Below the pieces are notes generated by a model. That model had not been told where the DNA came from and ran no database searches. It saw nothing but the letters and a program-made list of their open reading frames with translations. The translations under genes and the position numbers were made by a program. A stretch of 63,051 nucleotides of DNA, the filler included, from Asterionella formosa (taxonomy: Eukaryota), in assembly GCA_002256025.1 (NCBI GenBank). It is 12 parts of 12 records of this genome, joined end to end, with 100 filler letters (N's around TTAATTAATTAA, not from the genome) between each part and the next. Parts side by side here need not be neighbours in the genome. Positions count along the whole stretch, not along the records: positions 49,255 to 50,700 come from NKIB01002403.1; positions 50,801 to 52,246 come from NKIB01002404.1; positions 52,347 to 53,791 come from NKIB01002406.1; positions 53,892 to 55,336 come from NKIB01002407.1; positions 55,437 to 56,881 come from NKIB01002408.1; positions 56,982 to 58,426 come from NKIB01002409.1; positions 58,527 to 59,970 come from NKIB01002411.1; positions 60,071 to 61,507 come from NKIB01002412.1; 4 more parts are not named here. The stretch is one strand, 5' to 3'. Every line of letters begins with the position of its first letter. Within the stretch, counting starts at the first letter, position 1. This document shows, piece after piece, positions 49,896-63,051 of the stretch.

Positions 49896-50700
49896 CCTAG
49901 ATTTGAAAGCTTATTGAAGCTTGAAGGTAGTTCCAAAATCGTATTGTTGCTCAAATCTATGTACCCTAATCAACGAAATAACAGGCAAAAGTGGTTGTTA
50001 GATTGCAAAATTCAGCGAAACCATGTTTTCTCTCAAATCTTTGCTTGCTTACTCAATTTTTGATCAAGAGCCGCAATCTCTGGAGGAATAGATCCAACAA
50101 GACCCTCACCATTCAGTTGCAATAATGTAATGTTTGTTCCAATGCAACCAATCCCTCTCCATTAGAGCAAGACAACCAGCCAAAGGTTACAATCAAAGAT
50201 ACAGGCAACAACAAGAAATCCAGACATAGAGTCTCAAATCACATGGGGAGCAAAACCCATAGCAATAGAGGACAGAACCCTGTGACTCTAGTTCCAAAAC
50301 ATCAAGGGGCTACATCTCCAAAGGAAAAAAGTATTGTTCAACAAATATACCGGTAGATCAGTAAAAATTATCAAGAGTCCAATCTTGCCTACATATTTTA
50401 TCTAACCCTAGCAGCATTCTGTGCATAACACATATGGACCACTATTATGTCATCAGTAATTAGAAATCTTGAGGGACTGATCCATTGAATGCATCTAGAA
50501 TATTGAAACTTGTCAAGAGTCCAATCTCTGTGGGAAGTGTGCCAGTGAAAATATTGCTGGACAAATCTTGATAATTGAGACTTGTCAAGAAACCAATTTC
50601 TGTGGGAAGTGTGCCAGTGAAAGTATTGTCAGACAAAACTAGATCAGTGAGACTTGTCAAGAGTCCAATCTCTGTGGGAAGTGTGCCAGTGAAAGTATTG
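49896..50700 (-). pseudogene. Plant-type (24-aa) LRR protein gene fragment(s), probably degenerate
   Basis: 72-bp repeats LSDNTFTGTLPTEIGFLTSL; LRR N-cap WRGIGCIGTNITLLQLNGEGLVGSIPPEI before a GTAAGC donor; a single-LRR exon YIDLSNNTILELPSSFNKLSNL before GTGAGT. Confidence 0.7.
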
Positions 50701-50800
50701 NNNNNNNNNNNNNNNNNNNNNNNNNNNNNNNNNNNNNNNNNNNNTTAATTAATTAANNNNNNNNNNNNNNNNNNNNNNNNNNNNNNNNNNNNNNNNNNNN

Positions 50801-52246
50801 TCCGGACCTCATTGTCCCTGCCTGTTGTCAACAACAATGCGTGAGCTGACAAGCCATACTAGCATTTAGGTACACAACAAGAACACACTCACCATTCAAC
50901 TGTATTGCAGAGTTCTTTCATTTGAGTCGAGGATTCAATTGACATTGCAGCAACCTATGCAGTTACAGAAACAATGAGAAGGAATGATTTGTTAGCTAGT
51001 AGTCATGTTACATTGAAACAACGACACGCAATTCCATCGTATCCTCTTGCTTCACTTACCACAAATCAATGCAACTGATGCATAAGTCTGTAATAGTAAC
51101 TTGTCAGTAAGCCAAATTCTTGAATAAGTAAGTTTCGGGTATCCAATGTTGTCGAATAAACTTACCGGTACATTTTTGTCATCTTAACTTTGAGAGAAGG
51201 TAAACGTTTTGTCGGCTTTGTTCCAACAGAAGTGAATAGGTCCAACAAGCGACAAGAGCACTTACGCAATTTGGTTTGGTTTTACATTGGTGCGCTCCCC
51301 AACAAGCGAAACGAGCTGTTTAATCAACTGAGAAAAAAGGAAATGTGGCTGCGTTTAGTTAACAATTTGTTGTTGTCCTGCCTCCCAACGATTGTCATCC
51401 AAGTAGTTACCACATTGATGGCTTCATTACCTTAAACATTCTCCATCCTTCGAAGGCGCAATGTGTCATAGTCACAATGTTTTTCGTTATGTATTGCGAA
51501 AATTTTCTTTTCTTTTACTGTGCTTTACTACGACGTATCTTTTCATGAAGCAGCAGGCATTGTTTGTTAACATGACAGAACGATTTCAAAAATATATATG
51601 CCATGAATATAGTAATAAAATTTGTAAATATATATATATATTAAGTGTTATATATTTATTATATTCAAAGGCGCTCTCGATATGGAACATCTGATATTAT
51701 GGTTGAGATGATCATACTCGCATATACATAATTCGAAAATACTCAATGCACTATATGTCCATTGTTTTCCACGACTACGTGTACCGGAATTGTTTCTGAA
51801 ATTTGTTTGCATCGATATTTTTTATGTCCGTTGAAACTAATTATTTAGACCGTTAAATAGCCGCCAGGGTTATGATAGCAAATTGATTAAGCCCCTTTTT
51901 TGGTCGGGAGCTCTTTATGTGTACTGGTACATCATATGACAATAACAATATATCATATATATATACAGAGTACCAGTAGCAGGTGGTAATTGATATACTG
52001 GGGGTAGTCGGAGTAGTAAACTAGCAACAGAACACCATATGTTCAGGACTGTTGCTACTGCAGTGGGACAGTAAATCATCATAGTTTTAGGATTGTATGA
52101 TCATAAAACTAAAAACCAAAAGAACACCACATGTTCATGACTGCTGCAATTATAGTGGGACAGTAAATCATCATAGTTTTAGGATCGTTTGATCATAAAA
52201 TTAAATTTCAAAAGAACACCATATGTTCATGACTGTTGCAATTACA
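50801..52246 (+). repeat. Multi-copy interspersed repeat (also 55437-56520 inverted and 61608-62730)
   Basis: Three contigs align over ~1 kb with few differences; distantly similar to 8270-8710. Confidence 0.9.
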
Positions 52247-52348
52247 NNNNNNNNNNNNNNNNNNNNNNNNNNNNNNNNNNNNNNNNNNNNTTAATTAATT
52301 AANNNNNNNNNNNNNNNNNNNNNNNNNNNNNNNNNNNNNNNNNNNNTA

Positions 52349-53791
52349 CAACCCACGAGCAACCCTACCACCCAACCAACTAGATTTCCCACCACCCAGC
52401 CTACGAGCATCCCTACCACCCAACCAACTAGATTTCCTACCACCCAACCAACTAGATTTCCTACCACTCAACCTACAAGCAATCCTACCACTGAGCCTAT
52501 CACCCAGCCAACTCGATTTCCCACATCCCAGCCTACGAGCAACCCTACTACTGAGCCAATCCGTTCACCAACCACTACACCTACCCGTTCACCAACCACT
52601 ACACCTACCCGTTCACCAACCACTACACCTACTCGTGCACCAACTAATCTCCTTAGTGTAAATCCGACTCCTGTACCGACTGCTGATATCACCACACCTC
52701 CATCACCCCCACCAACAAGCACTTTAACTGCGGTACCTACCCTACCGAATGTTCCAACCACATCTCCTCCTACTACTCAGCCTACCGCAGTAGTGGCTCC
52801 TTCGTGTTGCTCCTATAACTTGAAAGATTGTGCCTATTCCTCTAATGTCGCTGATTGGTGTGCCATGAGTTCGCAGAACTGTCGGCAGTGTACAGGATCG
52901 TGGATAGTTCCAACAAATCGCAATACGTGCATAAATCTTTGGGGCCAGTGTAACATTGTTCCTGACGGTTCAGAAGGGACTGTCAATGACACTTGCTGTG
53001 GCCAATCTGTATGCACGCGTATTGACCAATGGAATAAGCAGTGCAAAGTTCCCCAGTTCTGTTGTTCTTGGGATTTGGCTACTTGTGGGGACGACAAATG
53101 GTGCAACCAAAATGCCCAGAATTGTGGTTCCTGCAGCGGATTTTTCATAGACCCAAGCACTCGTCGATCATGTACTGCTCGCTGGAGTGGATGTACTTCA
53201 TCCAGCGAATGCTGCGCTGGAGGCGTTTGTCTTGCAGATGCAAGTGGTCAACAGGTTTGCGATGTTCTCCCTGTAAATACGCAACCTACTCTCTCTCCAA
53301 CCAATCTCCCAACTGTTGTTCCTACGCCTTTACTATCGCTGTCGCCAACTACACCACGGCCATCGCCTCCACCTACAACTACTCCAACCAGGATTCCTAG
53401 TCTTCCGACCACAGAGTCTCCAACTGCTCAACCGACAACTTCACCTACCCTTCTTCCCACCCCGTCACGTCCATCTCCCCTGCCAACGTTTCTTCCAACC
53501 GGGATTCCCACAGTTCCGACTCCTCCAACCACATCTCGTCCAACCGGAATCCCTTCCGGTTCTCCTACGTTTTTACCCACAGATTTGGGTCCCTTTCCGT
53601 CAGGACCCTACATTACTGTTTCTTCAACAAGAATTATCATCCCCGATCCACCAAGTCCTGTTACCTCGGCTCGAACAAAATGTCCTCATTTCGACACTGA
53701 TATTCTTGACTGGCATGCCGGGTCTACCTGGGGAAGTAGTGGTGTTCCAGTGCCAACCAACTTCGCTGACATACAGCTTCCGCCCAACATG
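52349..53791 (+). CDS. Internal fragment of an extracellular PT-rich protein with two Cys-rich modules and a probable G8-domain start
   Basis: Open frame across the contig: PTxxPT repeats, CCSYN...WC and CCSWD...WC modules, then RTKCPHFDTDILDWHAGSTW...IQLPPN. Confidence 0.8.
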
Positions 53792-53902
53792 NNNNNNNNN
53801 NNNNNNNNNNNNNNNNNNNNNNNNNNNNNNNNNNNTTAATTAATTAANNNNNNNNNNNNNNNNNNNNNNNNNNNNNNNNNNNNNNNNNNNNCAGTACTAC
53901 AA

Positions 53903-55336
53903 TTAGCACTGAGCCGCCTGCTCCATGTCTGCCGCCATCCTAGTGGCCATGCGCCTCGCTTCATCTATATTGGCTGGCAACACTTTACGGCAAGGAGTGC
54001 CTTCTGGGAGGCAAAACGTAAAGTAAAAATGATTGGATATCTTTGCATACGCTTTTTCGGGTTCTGTTACCCAGGCTTCCACTTCAACAGTAATCAATGG
54101 ACAATTGACATGATCTTCGACATAATCACCCAAGAACCCACCATTTGGCATGGTGTACAGTACTCTTGAATTGAAGACAAGCAAATCGCCAACATCAACA
54201 GGAGATTCAAAACTAATGTCGTCGACCTCAAGAAATTTAGGCTTGGCCCCACCAAAGACATAGGCAGTTGCAAAGGCCAGCTCAAAGGCTCGGCGCATCA
54301 AAAATCCTCCAAAAATACGATTGTGTAAATTAAGAGCTTGGGGCTGGGCAATCATGGCATTTTGCATGTGAGTACTACTCATCAAGATTGAATTTGGATC
54401 GGCCAGTGATGGCATGCGCAACAAAGGCCCCGCTTCGACCAATAAGGCCCCCGCTTGTCTGTCAACTTGGAGACTTGCTTCTGTGAGCTGTTCGCCAACA
54501 GTAAGCTTGTTTCTACGGCGAGCCTTTTTCGCGTGGGATTTCAACGCTCCTAATTCAAAGTGAGCTCGTTCTTCTTGTGTCTGGGGAAGAAGGGCCGGCA
54601 TGGCAACAGGCTTCTTTGTATCCGGGTCTAGTGTCACAAAGGTAAAGTATGCTTCCAGCCACTCCTCATCGGAGCCTTCCTCAACACATTGCATTCTAAT
54701 TTCCATGGACGAATTGCCCACCCATGTGACCTTTCCTGAAAGACACTGGTCCGTTTCAATGAGAGGGCGACGACGAAGGCGGATCCGATCTACCCCAGCT
54801 GTGACAATTAGGGGTGTACCATAAACGTGATGAAAGGCAATGTTGCCTGCCATGGCGTCAAGATCTTCCAGCACCTGTATTTTGATATTGCAGTGATTTT
54901 TGTCAGCTTGTGCTCCGTGGGCACTTTCAGTCGAAGTATTTCTTCCAGAGTAAGCGTACCTTTCCAAATCTCATCTGTCCCCATGGATTCCTGTACGTCT
55001 CTTGCAAAAATTCATCTGAGCTAAATGGATAAGAAATGGCCTGTGCACTCTCCTCTGGCGATTTGCCACTAGGAACAATGTCACCCTCGTTGTCCTTTCC
55101 TTCCCGTAGCTCTGCCGCCGCCGCCTTGCTGACATCTGTGACATGGCTACTAGAGGCCGTCAATCCCATAATGGCCTTTGCCTCTTGACGCGCCGTCCAT
55201 AGTTTCGCAACAATCGGATTTTTAAACTTGCCCTGCATAGGAATGGACAATTCTTTTGGTGGCATGGGAGCGTTGGGATCGCCTGCTTCATCGGGATTGT
55301 TGGACGACGATGAAGTTCGGCATGAGAAGGGTACAA
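53903..55336 (-). CDS. ACOT9: Acyl-CoA thioesterase 9-like (double hotdog fold), 5'-truncated, one intron at 54875-54959
   Basis: YRNPWGQMRFGK|VLEDLDAMAG, IVTAGVDRI, WVGNSSME, NLHNRIFGGFLMRRAFELA; GTACGC...CAG intron with GCTGAC branch site. Confidence 0.9.
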
Positions 55337-58300
55337 NNNNNNNNNNNNNNNNNNNNNNNNNNNNNNNNNNNNNNNNNNNNTTAATTAATTAANNNNNNNN
55401 NNNNNNNNNNNNNNNNNNNNNNNNNNNNNNNNNNNNAATTTGCTACCAAAACCCTTGCGGCATTTGAACGGTCTAAATAATTAGTTTCAACGGACGTAGA
55501 AAATATCGATGCAAACAAATTTCAGAGATAATACCGGTACACGTAGTCGTGGAAAACAATGGACATATAGTGCATTGAGTATTTTCGAATTATGTATATG
55601 CGAGTATGGCCATCTCAACCATATCAGATGTTCCATATCGAGAGCGCCTTTGAATTTTATAAAATGTATAACGCTATATATATATATATATATTTACAAA
55701 TTTTATTACTATATTCATGGCCAATATATTTTTCAAATCGTTCTGTCATGTTAACAAACAATGCCTGCTGCTTCATGAAAAGATACGTCGTAGTAAAGCA
55801 CATGACAAGAAAAGAAATTTTTTGCAATACATAACGAAAAACATTGTGACTTCGACACATTGCGCCTTCGAAGGATGGAGAATGTTTAAGGTAATGAAGC
55901 CATCAATGTGGTAGCTACTTGGATGACAATCGTTGGGAGGCAGGACAACAACAAATTGTTAACTAAATGCAGCCACATTTCCTTTTTTCTCAGTTGATTC
56001 AACAGCTCGTTTCGCTTGTTGGGGAGCACCAATGTAAAACAAAACCAAATTGCGTAAGTGCTCTTGTCACTCGTTGGACCTATTCACTTCTGTTGGAATA
56101 AAGCTGACAAAACGTTTACCTTCTCTCAAAGTTAAGATGACAAAAATGTACCGGTAAGTTTTATTCAACAACATTGGATACCCGAAACTTACTTATTCAA
56201 GAATTTGGCTTACTGACAAGTTACTATTACAGACTTATGCATCAGTTGCATTGATTTGTGGTAAGTGAAGCAAGAGGATACGATGGAATTGCGTGTCGTT
56301 GTTTCAATGTAACATGACTACTTGCTAACAAATCATTCCTTCTCATTGTTTCTGTAACTGCATAGGTTGCTGCAATGTCAATTGAATCCTCGACTCAAAT
56401 GAAAGAACTCTGCAATACAGTTGAATGGTGAGTGTGTTCTTGTTGTGTACCTAAATGCTAGTATGGCTTGTCAGCTCACGCATTGTTGTTGACAACAGGC
56501 AGGGACAATGAGGTCCGGAATGAACTGTGTGTTGCTTTCTGCTGTTGCTAGTTCTATCATATACATTACTGACACACTGTTGTTATGAAAATCTCTGCAG
56601 GTCAATGAAGAAGTCATTTCAAGTACAAGAAGGAAATCAGTGTGTGAGGATGCATTCATGTTGCAACTTCGTAGAATGATGCCTGTTCAAGAGTGAATAA
56701 TTTCCCCCTTCTGAATGAATGGCTTCTCCTTGTCTTGCAATGTCCTTACAGATGTCTCATAATGCCTGCCTTCTCAAGACTGAAGATGCCATTCTGAAAG
56801 AACTGCTTCGTTTGATTGCATATCGAGATTTGTTTCCCATGTAATGTGAAATACCGGTTGTTGAATTAGTAATCAACATTANNNNNNNNNNNNNNNNNNN
56901 NNNNNNNNNNNNNNNNNNNNNNNNNTTAATTAATTAANNNNNNNNNNNNNNNNNNNNNNNNNNNNNNNNNNNNNNNNNNNNGAAGCACCGTGTTACAACA
57001 GTATTTGCCAGTAGAAAAATTAAACCCGGTTTAACTGGGGGTTTAATTTTTTGGTTTAATTAAACCATAACTGTACGCACGATCATCGTAGGAATATACA
57101 CTGTACGAAAACATAAAATTAGCTATTACACTGTAGTACCTGGTACCTGGTACCGGTCGTATACACAAATTAAACCCCATCCTCATTCATGTACCGGTAC
57201 CTGGTACCTGGTATCAGGTACTCGGTACTTCGGTATGCAGCAGCAGTAAGGAGAGGAAGGTGTGACTGATGGGACACCAACAGCAGGTGAAGGAGGGAAG
57301 TCTGAGCTGCCAGTTTGCTTTTGGAACTATATACTTGGGTTGCACTGCCTCCCAGCAGATCGAGATGCAATGTCACCTAGTTTTGATACCAATGTGGATG
57401 ACAGCAGCCAGTCGACTCTCGTCTTGAAGGAGTGTTGACTCCTGACTACTAGTTATTGGTGGTAGCAGGAGTGACAAGTATGCAGAATGATGATTGAGAG
57501 TCCAGAAATGCCTCAAATGTGGTGTTTGAAGAAGTTTTCAACAATTAACAAGTTGATGAACCAACAGAAATGATGCAGGATGTGTGTCAAAGAGGTACTA
57601 GGAGGGAGGAAGCAATTCTGTCAGTATTGTAGTCTTTCTGTTACACCAAAAACTATTTGTTCTGTGGTAGGAATGCAAAAATTTGGAATTAGGTTTGTAA
57701 GGTTGCTGAAAATTTTACAAGGGTTGAGCAGGATATAGTAAGAAAGGTGGAGTATTGTTGCTTGGCAAAGCGTTGTGTGGGATATGATGACACCCCCTAC
57801 TTTGAGCTGCGTTTTTTTCACTGCCACATTGCAAATTGACAAAATGTATGAGGTATATATTCCAGATAGAACAGTGCCACAGATTAGATTGCCAATCAAT
57901 TGAGGATATCTGCTGATCATCACACTGGTGGTCATACACAGCTAGTATGTGTTTAGGTTATTATTACACAGATGCATGATTTCATACAACTGTAGCTACA
58001 TTATTTTTTCACTATTTTTCATTAGCTATATAATGATTGTTTTCACTTCATTTCGGGTATATGTATATTAGACATATACACACACCCCTACAATAAAAGA
58101 CTTGGTCCTCTATTTACTGTAATATAGTGCTATAGTATATGTACTCGTGGTGACTCCATATTAAGTACTAGGTACTCTAAATACATAAAATGGTCTATTC
58201 CCGCATACACCTACCCTGGTACGGTACCTGGTACCGGTACCCTGGTAACCAGTCGATACGAGCAAATGGGCGCCGGTACCAGTACTAGGTACTGGTACCT

Positions 58301-58526
58301 GGTACCACAACCGGTATTGTCGCAAAGAATAGCTTTGTGCACTGTCCTGGAGTAGTAGTAAACTACTAGTCCTAGCTTCCACTACGGGTTTAACTGGGAG
58401 TTTAATTTTTTACGACTACGTTCCCGNNNNNNNNNNNNNNNNNNNNNNNNNNNNNNNNNNNNNNNNNNNNTTAATTAATTAANNNNNNNNNNNNNNNNNN
58501 NNNNNNNNNNNNNNNNNNNNNNNNNN

Positions 58527-58824
58527 CCTTGTTGAATTTTCCACCCAACCCATCTTCTATCCATTCTTTTGGTTTCAATTGTGCAATATCGGAACGATCG
58601 TATTTCAATTTTTGTTGTTGTTGCTGCTTTGATGTCGCAGATCCTGCGTTTGACGTTTTGCTCGTCTTGTTGTTAGCAGATTCCTTCTTTTTCATTTTCT
58701 TCGAATCAAACAATGTTTCAATTTCATCAATACCACTCTTGTCCGCTGTGCCTATGCATCGAACTACTACCGGTGCGCCTTCTTTCTCGTTCCGCTCATC
58801 GTCTGGTAGTGTTCGTTTCGGCAT
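58527..58824 (-). CDS. Probable DUF1764-like protein N-terminus (truncated)
   Basis: MPKR...IDEIETLFDSKKMKKK...EWIEDGLGGKFNK resembles my recollection of this family. Confidence 0.5.
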
Positions 58825-61800
58825 TGGGTTTAATTCATGTACTATTGGGACAAGAACATGAATGATTTTCAACGGGTCATGTATAACAAATGAGCAGAGT
58901 GAGGTCCGACATTATAATGGTTGGTAAGCATTCATGGCGGCCCCTGAGTGGGTGTACTGGTATTGTGCCCTGCTGCTCTCGGGGGGATTACTATTGGTAA
59001 TTTGTAGTACTAGGGACAGTGCTCGGAATATTGTATACATAAAACGTTCACGTTAAAATAAGGAAAATGATATGTAGCTACCGGTATTTCGTCCCCCTAA
59101 CCCTTATCTTCCGATGGTACCTTGGAAGAGTCTAAGGTTAGGGATAGTTTGACGAAATATCGAAATCATAGTACCCGGTATATAGGGGTACCTGGTACCA
59201 AGTTGTCTACCAGGTTTCCCAATTCTAACCACGCCGACTACCGGTACCAGGTACAGTACTGATGAGTGATGACCTTCCTCGCTTGTGCACCCCCACCCCC
59301 ACTTTGGTCGTGTACAAAACAAAATTTTAAAATTGTTGATGATTCCTTCTTGCTTTGTTGCAAAAAGTCGTTCATTTTCGTACACCCCACCATGTCTACT
59401 TATTATCTACCTGTACACCATATGGTATTTCCGAAACCCTATGTATAGAGACAGTTCTGCCATGATAATACCGGTACCGTAGTCGCACCTATGTACTCTC
59501 GTAACGGACAAAATTGAAAATCATGATGGTTAGTGATAGATACCGGTGCCCTGCACCTTGCCGCCAGTTTCTTGTATCAACAAGAAATACCGGTATACTC
59601 CGCCTTGCTTGTGAATGAAATATGATAAAATTAACGGCAAAACCAAGCATGTTCGTTCGGTACAGATGCTTACCGGTATGTCTTCGCAGCAATCATTGTC
59701 ACTGTACACAGTAGGTACCTGTGTATGTGCGTTTATGTAGAACCAAAAATATATAAATGACCTCCTTGTGTCGTTTTATCGACTACATATGCCGGTATAC
59801 CGGTACACCTGTAGATAACAAAATGTACTAGTACCAGTTGAAAGATTCTTTGGAGGCGGAGTCCTGCAGGGACAAACCAGCAATCATTATATTCTTTTGT
59901 CGAGTAGAATTTTTATATGCCCTTGTTGTTCATGTGTATGTATGTACTCCGAGTAATGGGCATCTGGTACNNNNNNNNNNNNNNNNNNNNNNNNNNNNNN
60001 NNNNNNNNNNNNNNTTAATTAATTAANNNNNNNNNNNNNNNNNNNNNNNNNNNNNNNNNNNNNNNNNNNNATCAAAACTGCTGTGGTTCTTGCTGCGAGT
60101 CCAATCCCCCCTATTCTCCCCCCTTGGCCTGGAGTTGACAATTGTGCTGGCACATAAGGGGGAAATTGAAATTCCAGCCGCACTGCCTTGCATGATTCGG
60201 GCAAGGAAGAATATGAAGGGTGGCTGGCTGAGAGGAGAAATATGAAGGAAGCGACGAAACAGGAGGCGGAAGCGGAAGCGGAGCAAGGTGGAGAAGCAAA
60301 CAAGCAATCAAACAAAAAATTCTCGCTTGGCTGACATCTGTCATAGTAGTAATACCAAACCAGTAGCCTGATGTAAGCAGAACACTAATTAGTGACAAAC
60401 ATAAATAATCCCTATATAAATCTATATCAAACCATCATCAAAACGAATGTAAGTAAGATTATTGACACAAAAACTGAAATAATATTTGAGTTAAAAGGCA
60501 AACGCATTATTATTTAAGGTTTAAAAAATGAAAACAATGAATAATAAATGGGTAGATGATGCAACGGACAAATAATTTTGTGGCAGGAAAAAGCTTTAGA
60601 GTGAACAATAGGGTAATCGAAACCAGAATTTGAATATAAAATTTTCTTCAGGTACGTAGTAAAAAATATGTATTGATAGTCATACAAAACGACCATAATC
60701 ATCAACTTTAAAAACTTCATATCTCTTGAATTATGAAGCTTCATTACTAATTAAACAGACCTATTGAAAGCGGAGAGCCTGTTCTACATTTAGCTACGTA
60801 CTTGATTTGTTGTCACCATGAAATTTGACTAAAATAGTTTGAGTCGAAACATGGGGTAAACTTTATATGACTCTCAGTTTTTAGGTGGTACCAGCAAGTT
60901 GCGGTGATTGTGCTTTAAGTAAATGTTTCGCTCTCTTTATCCCAAATTAAATTTTTTATTTAAGCAAAATGACCGCAACTTGCAAGTACCGGGAGCCTGG
61001 TGTAGAATCTCTATTTATATATTTAGCTTTTTCAAGAAGGAATCTATGCGCATATTCGCCAATTTCCATTGATTTAAATATTTTAAACGGAATCATTGTT
61101 ATTCATAATTGGCACATAAGCCTTCCCAGTTCCTGGCAATTTTGGCAACCCTAGGAAAATTTTACATTTTGCTTTCAAAATGCAGGAACCTTGATCATGC
61201 AGTTTTATGTACTGGTATTTGAGTACTATGGCTGTTGATGGAAGATGAAAGTATTCAATCAGTTTACCAAGGGTATCAGGTACCTGGTATGTTCATCGAA
61301 GGAAAGACACGCCTGATGTGGTCTATTGAAAACTACTACCGGGTAGGAAGTGCACATGTTTCAAGAAGGCATGTAGCCACCAAAGAAGGGTATTGTTGAG
61401 ACAGTTCACAACAACATAGCTATCATTGTGCCATTCACTTACCCACTCCTACCCACTTTCATTGAGCACCTATGTCATTATTAGCTTGCTATTGTCCATC
61501 ATATAAANNNNNNNNNNNNNNNNNNNNNNNNNNNNNNNNNNNNNNNNNNNNTTAATTAATTAANNNNNNNNNNNNNNNNNNNNNNNNNNNNNNNNNNNNN
61601 NNNNNNNTATCCTCTTGCTTCACTTACCACAAATCAATGCAACTGATGCATAAGTCTATTAGCGGTAAATTGTCAGTAAATTCTTGAATAAGTAAGTTTC
61701 GGGTATCCAATGTTGTCGAATAAAACTTACCGGTTCATTTTTGTCAGCTTAACTTTGAGAGAAGGTAAACGTTTTGTCAGTTTTGTTCCAACAGAAGTGA

Positions 61801-62584
61801 ATAGGTCCAACGAGCGACAAGAGCACTTACGCAATTTGGTTTTGTTTTACATTGGTGCTCCCCAACAAGCGAAATGAGCTGTTGAATCAACTGAGAAAAA
61901 AGGAAATGTGCGTTTAGTTAACAATTTAGTGTTGTGCTGCCTGCCTCCCAACGATTGTCATCCAAGTACCACGCACATTGATGGCTTCATTACCTTAAAC
62001 ATTCTCCATCTTTCGAATGTTCAATGTGTCGAAGCCACAATGTTTTTCGTTATGTATTGCATAAACTTTCTTTTCTTGTCATGTGCTTTACTACGACATA
62101 TCTTTTCATGAAGCAGCAGGCATTGTTTGTTAACATGACAGAACGATATCAAAAATATATGCCATGGATATAGTAATAAAATTTGTAAATATGTATATAT
62201 ATATTAAGTGTTATACATTTATAAAATTCAAAGGCGCTCTCGATATGGAACATCTGATATGGTTGGGATGATCATACTCGCATATACATAATTCGAAAAT
62301 ACTCAATGCACTATATGTCCATTGTTTTCCACGACTACCTGTACCGGAATTGTTTCTGAAATTTGTTTGCATCGATATTTTCTACGTCCGTTGAAACTAA
62401 TTATTTAGACCGTTCAATTGCCGCAAGAGTTTTGGCAGCAAATTGTTTAAGCCCCTTTTTTGGTTGGGAGCTCTTCATGTGTACCGGTACATCATATGAC
62501 AATAACAATATATCATATATATATACAGAGTACCAGTAGCAGGTAGTAAGTGATATACTGGGGGAAGTCGGAGTAGTAAACTAG

Positions 62585-63040
62585 CAACAGAACACCATAT
62601 GTTCAGGACTGTTGCTACTGCAGTGGGACAGTAAATCATCATAGTTTTAGGATCATACGATTGTAAAACTAAAAACCAAAAGAACACCATATGTTCATGA
62701 CTGTTGCAATTACAGTGGGACAGTAAATCATCATAATTTTAGGATCGTATGATCATAAAACTAAAAACCAGCCAATAGAACATCATATGTTCAGGACTGT
62801 TGCTACTGCAGTGGGACAGTAAATTATCATAGTTTTAGGATCGTATAATCGTAAAACTAAAAACCAATAGAACACCAAATAATCAGTACTGTTGCTACTG
62901 CAGTGGGATAGTAAATCATCATAGTTTTAGGATTGTATGATCGTGAAACTGAAAAGCTGTAGTCGGAGCAATAAGCAAGCAATAGAACACCATATGTCTA
63001 TGACTAGTCTACTGCTACTGCAGCGGGACAGTAAATGAAT
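62585..63040. repeat. 92-bp tandem repeat with internal hairpin (also 52025-52246)
   Basis: AGAACA.CA anchor at 62589, 62681, 62777, 62869, 62984 and at 52029, 52121, 52213. Confidence 0.9.
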
Positions 63041-63051
63041 TTAAGATCATC

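Noticed and set aside
52468..53843. ORFs 52468-52761 (-), 52834-53160 (-) and 53316-53843 (+)
   Set aside because: Shadow frames of the PT-rich gene.
57015..58410. TIR element spanning contig 9
   Set aside because: The GGTTTAACTGGG.GTTTAATTTTTT motifs at ~57027 and ~58387 are direct rather than inverted, and no transposase motif was recognised.
23765..61607. TTAATTAATTAA palindromes within N runs, and any gene neighbourhood across them
   Set aside because: Identical synthetic six-frame-stop linkers; adjacent contigs are not known to be linked.
62585..63040. CRISPR array suggested by hairpin repeats
   Set aside because: Intervening segments are repeated, not unique spacers.

Overview
Eukaryotic DNA, most likely from a diatom (inferred from a CoDi-type Copia element, diatom-style LRR and PT-repeat/G8 proteins, and GT-AG introns). 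The window is not one locus. It is 12 contigs (1-23764, 23865-47608 and ten of about 1.44 kb) joined by artificial N44-TTAATTAATTAA-N44 linkers. The two long contigs are mostly nested, decayed transposons. These include a Copia LTR element with both LTRs and TSD but an internal deletion (622-4819), a PIF/Harbinger-superfamily element with TIRs and an AAT TSD (32939-35425), and pogo-like and LINE remnants. There is also a family of TIR elements ending in 5'-CGTCTG(C/T)(A/G)AATA with a 2-bp TSD; these are associated with Ulp1-like protease genes and a Plavaka-like transposase remnant. Host genes include an RI-like LRR protein, an ACOT9-like thioesterase, an SLC43-like transporter start, a plant-type LRR gene, a PT-rich/Cys-rich/G8-like protein and a probable DUF1764 protein. 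The top finding is invisible to the ORF track: a predicted micro-exon gene at 17302-18751. It has a signal-peptide exon, then 11 phase-0 exons of 3-18 nt (all multiples of 3) and a stop-codon exon, encoding a short secreted Lys/Ser/Pro-rich peptide. Also notable are a phased 16-bp CTCG array in a dispersed repeat and a window-wide TA-duplicating insertion signature. All calls are by eye; no searches were run.
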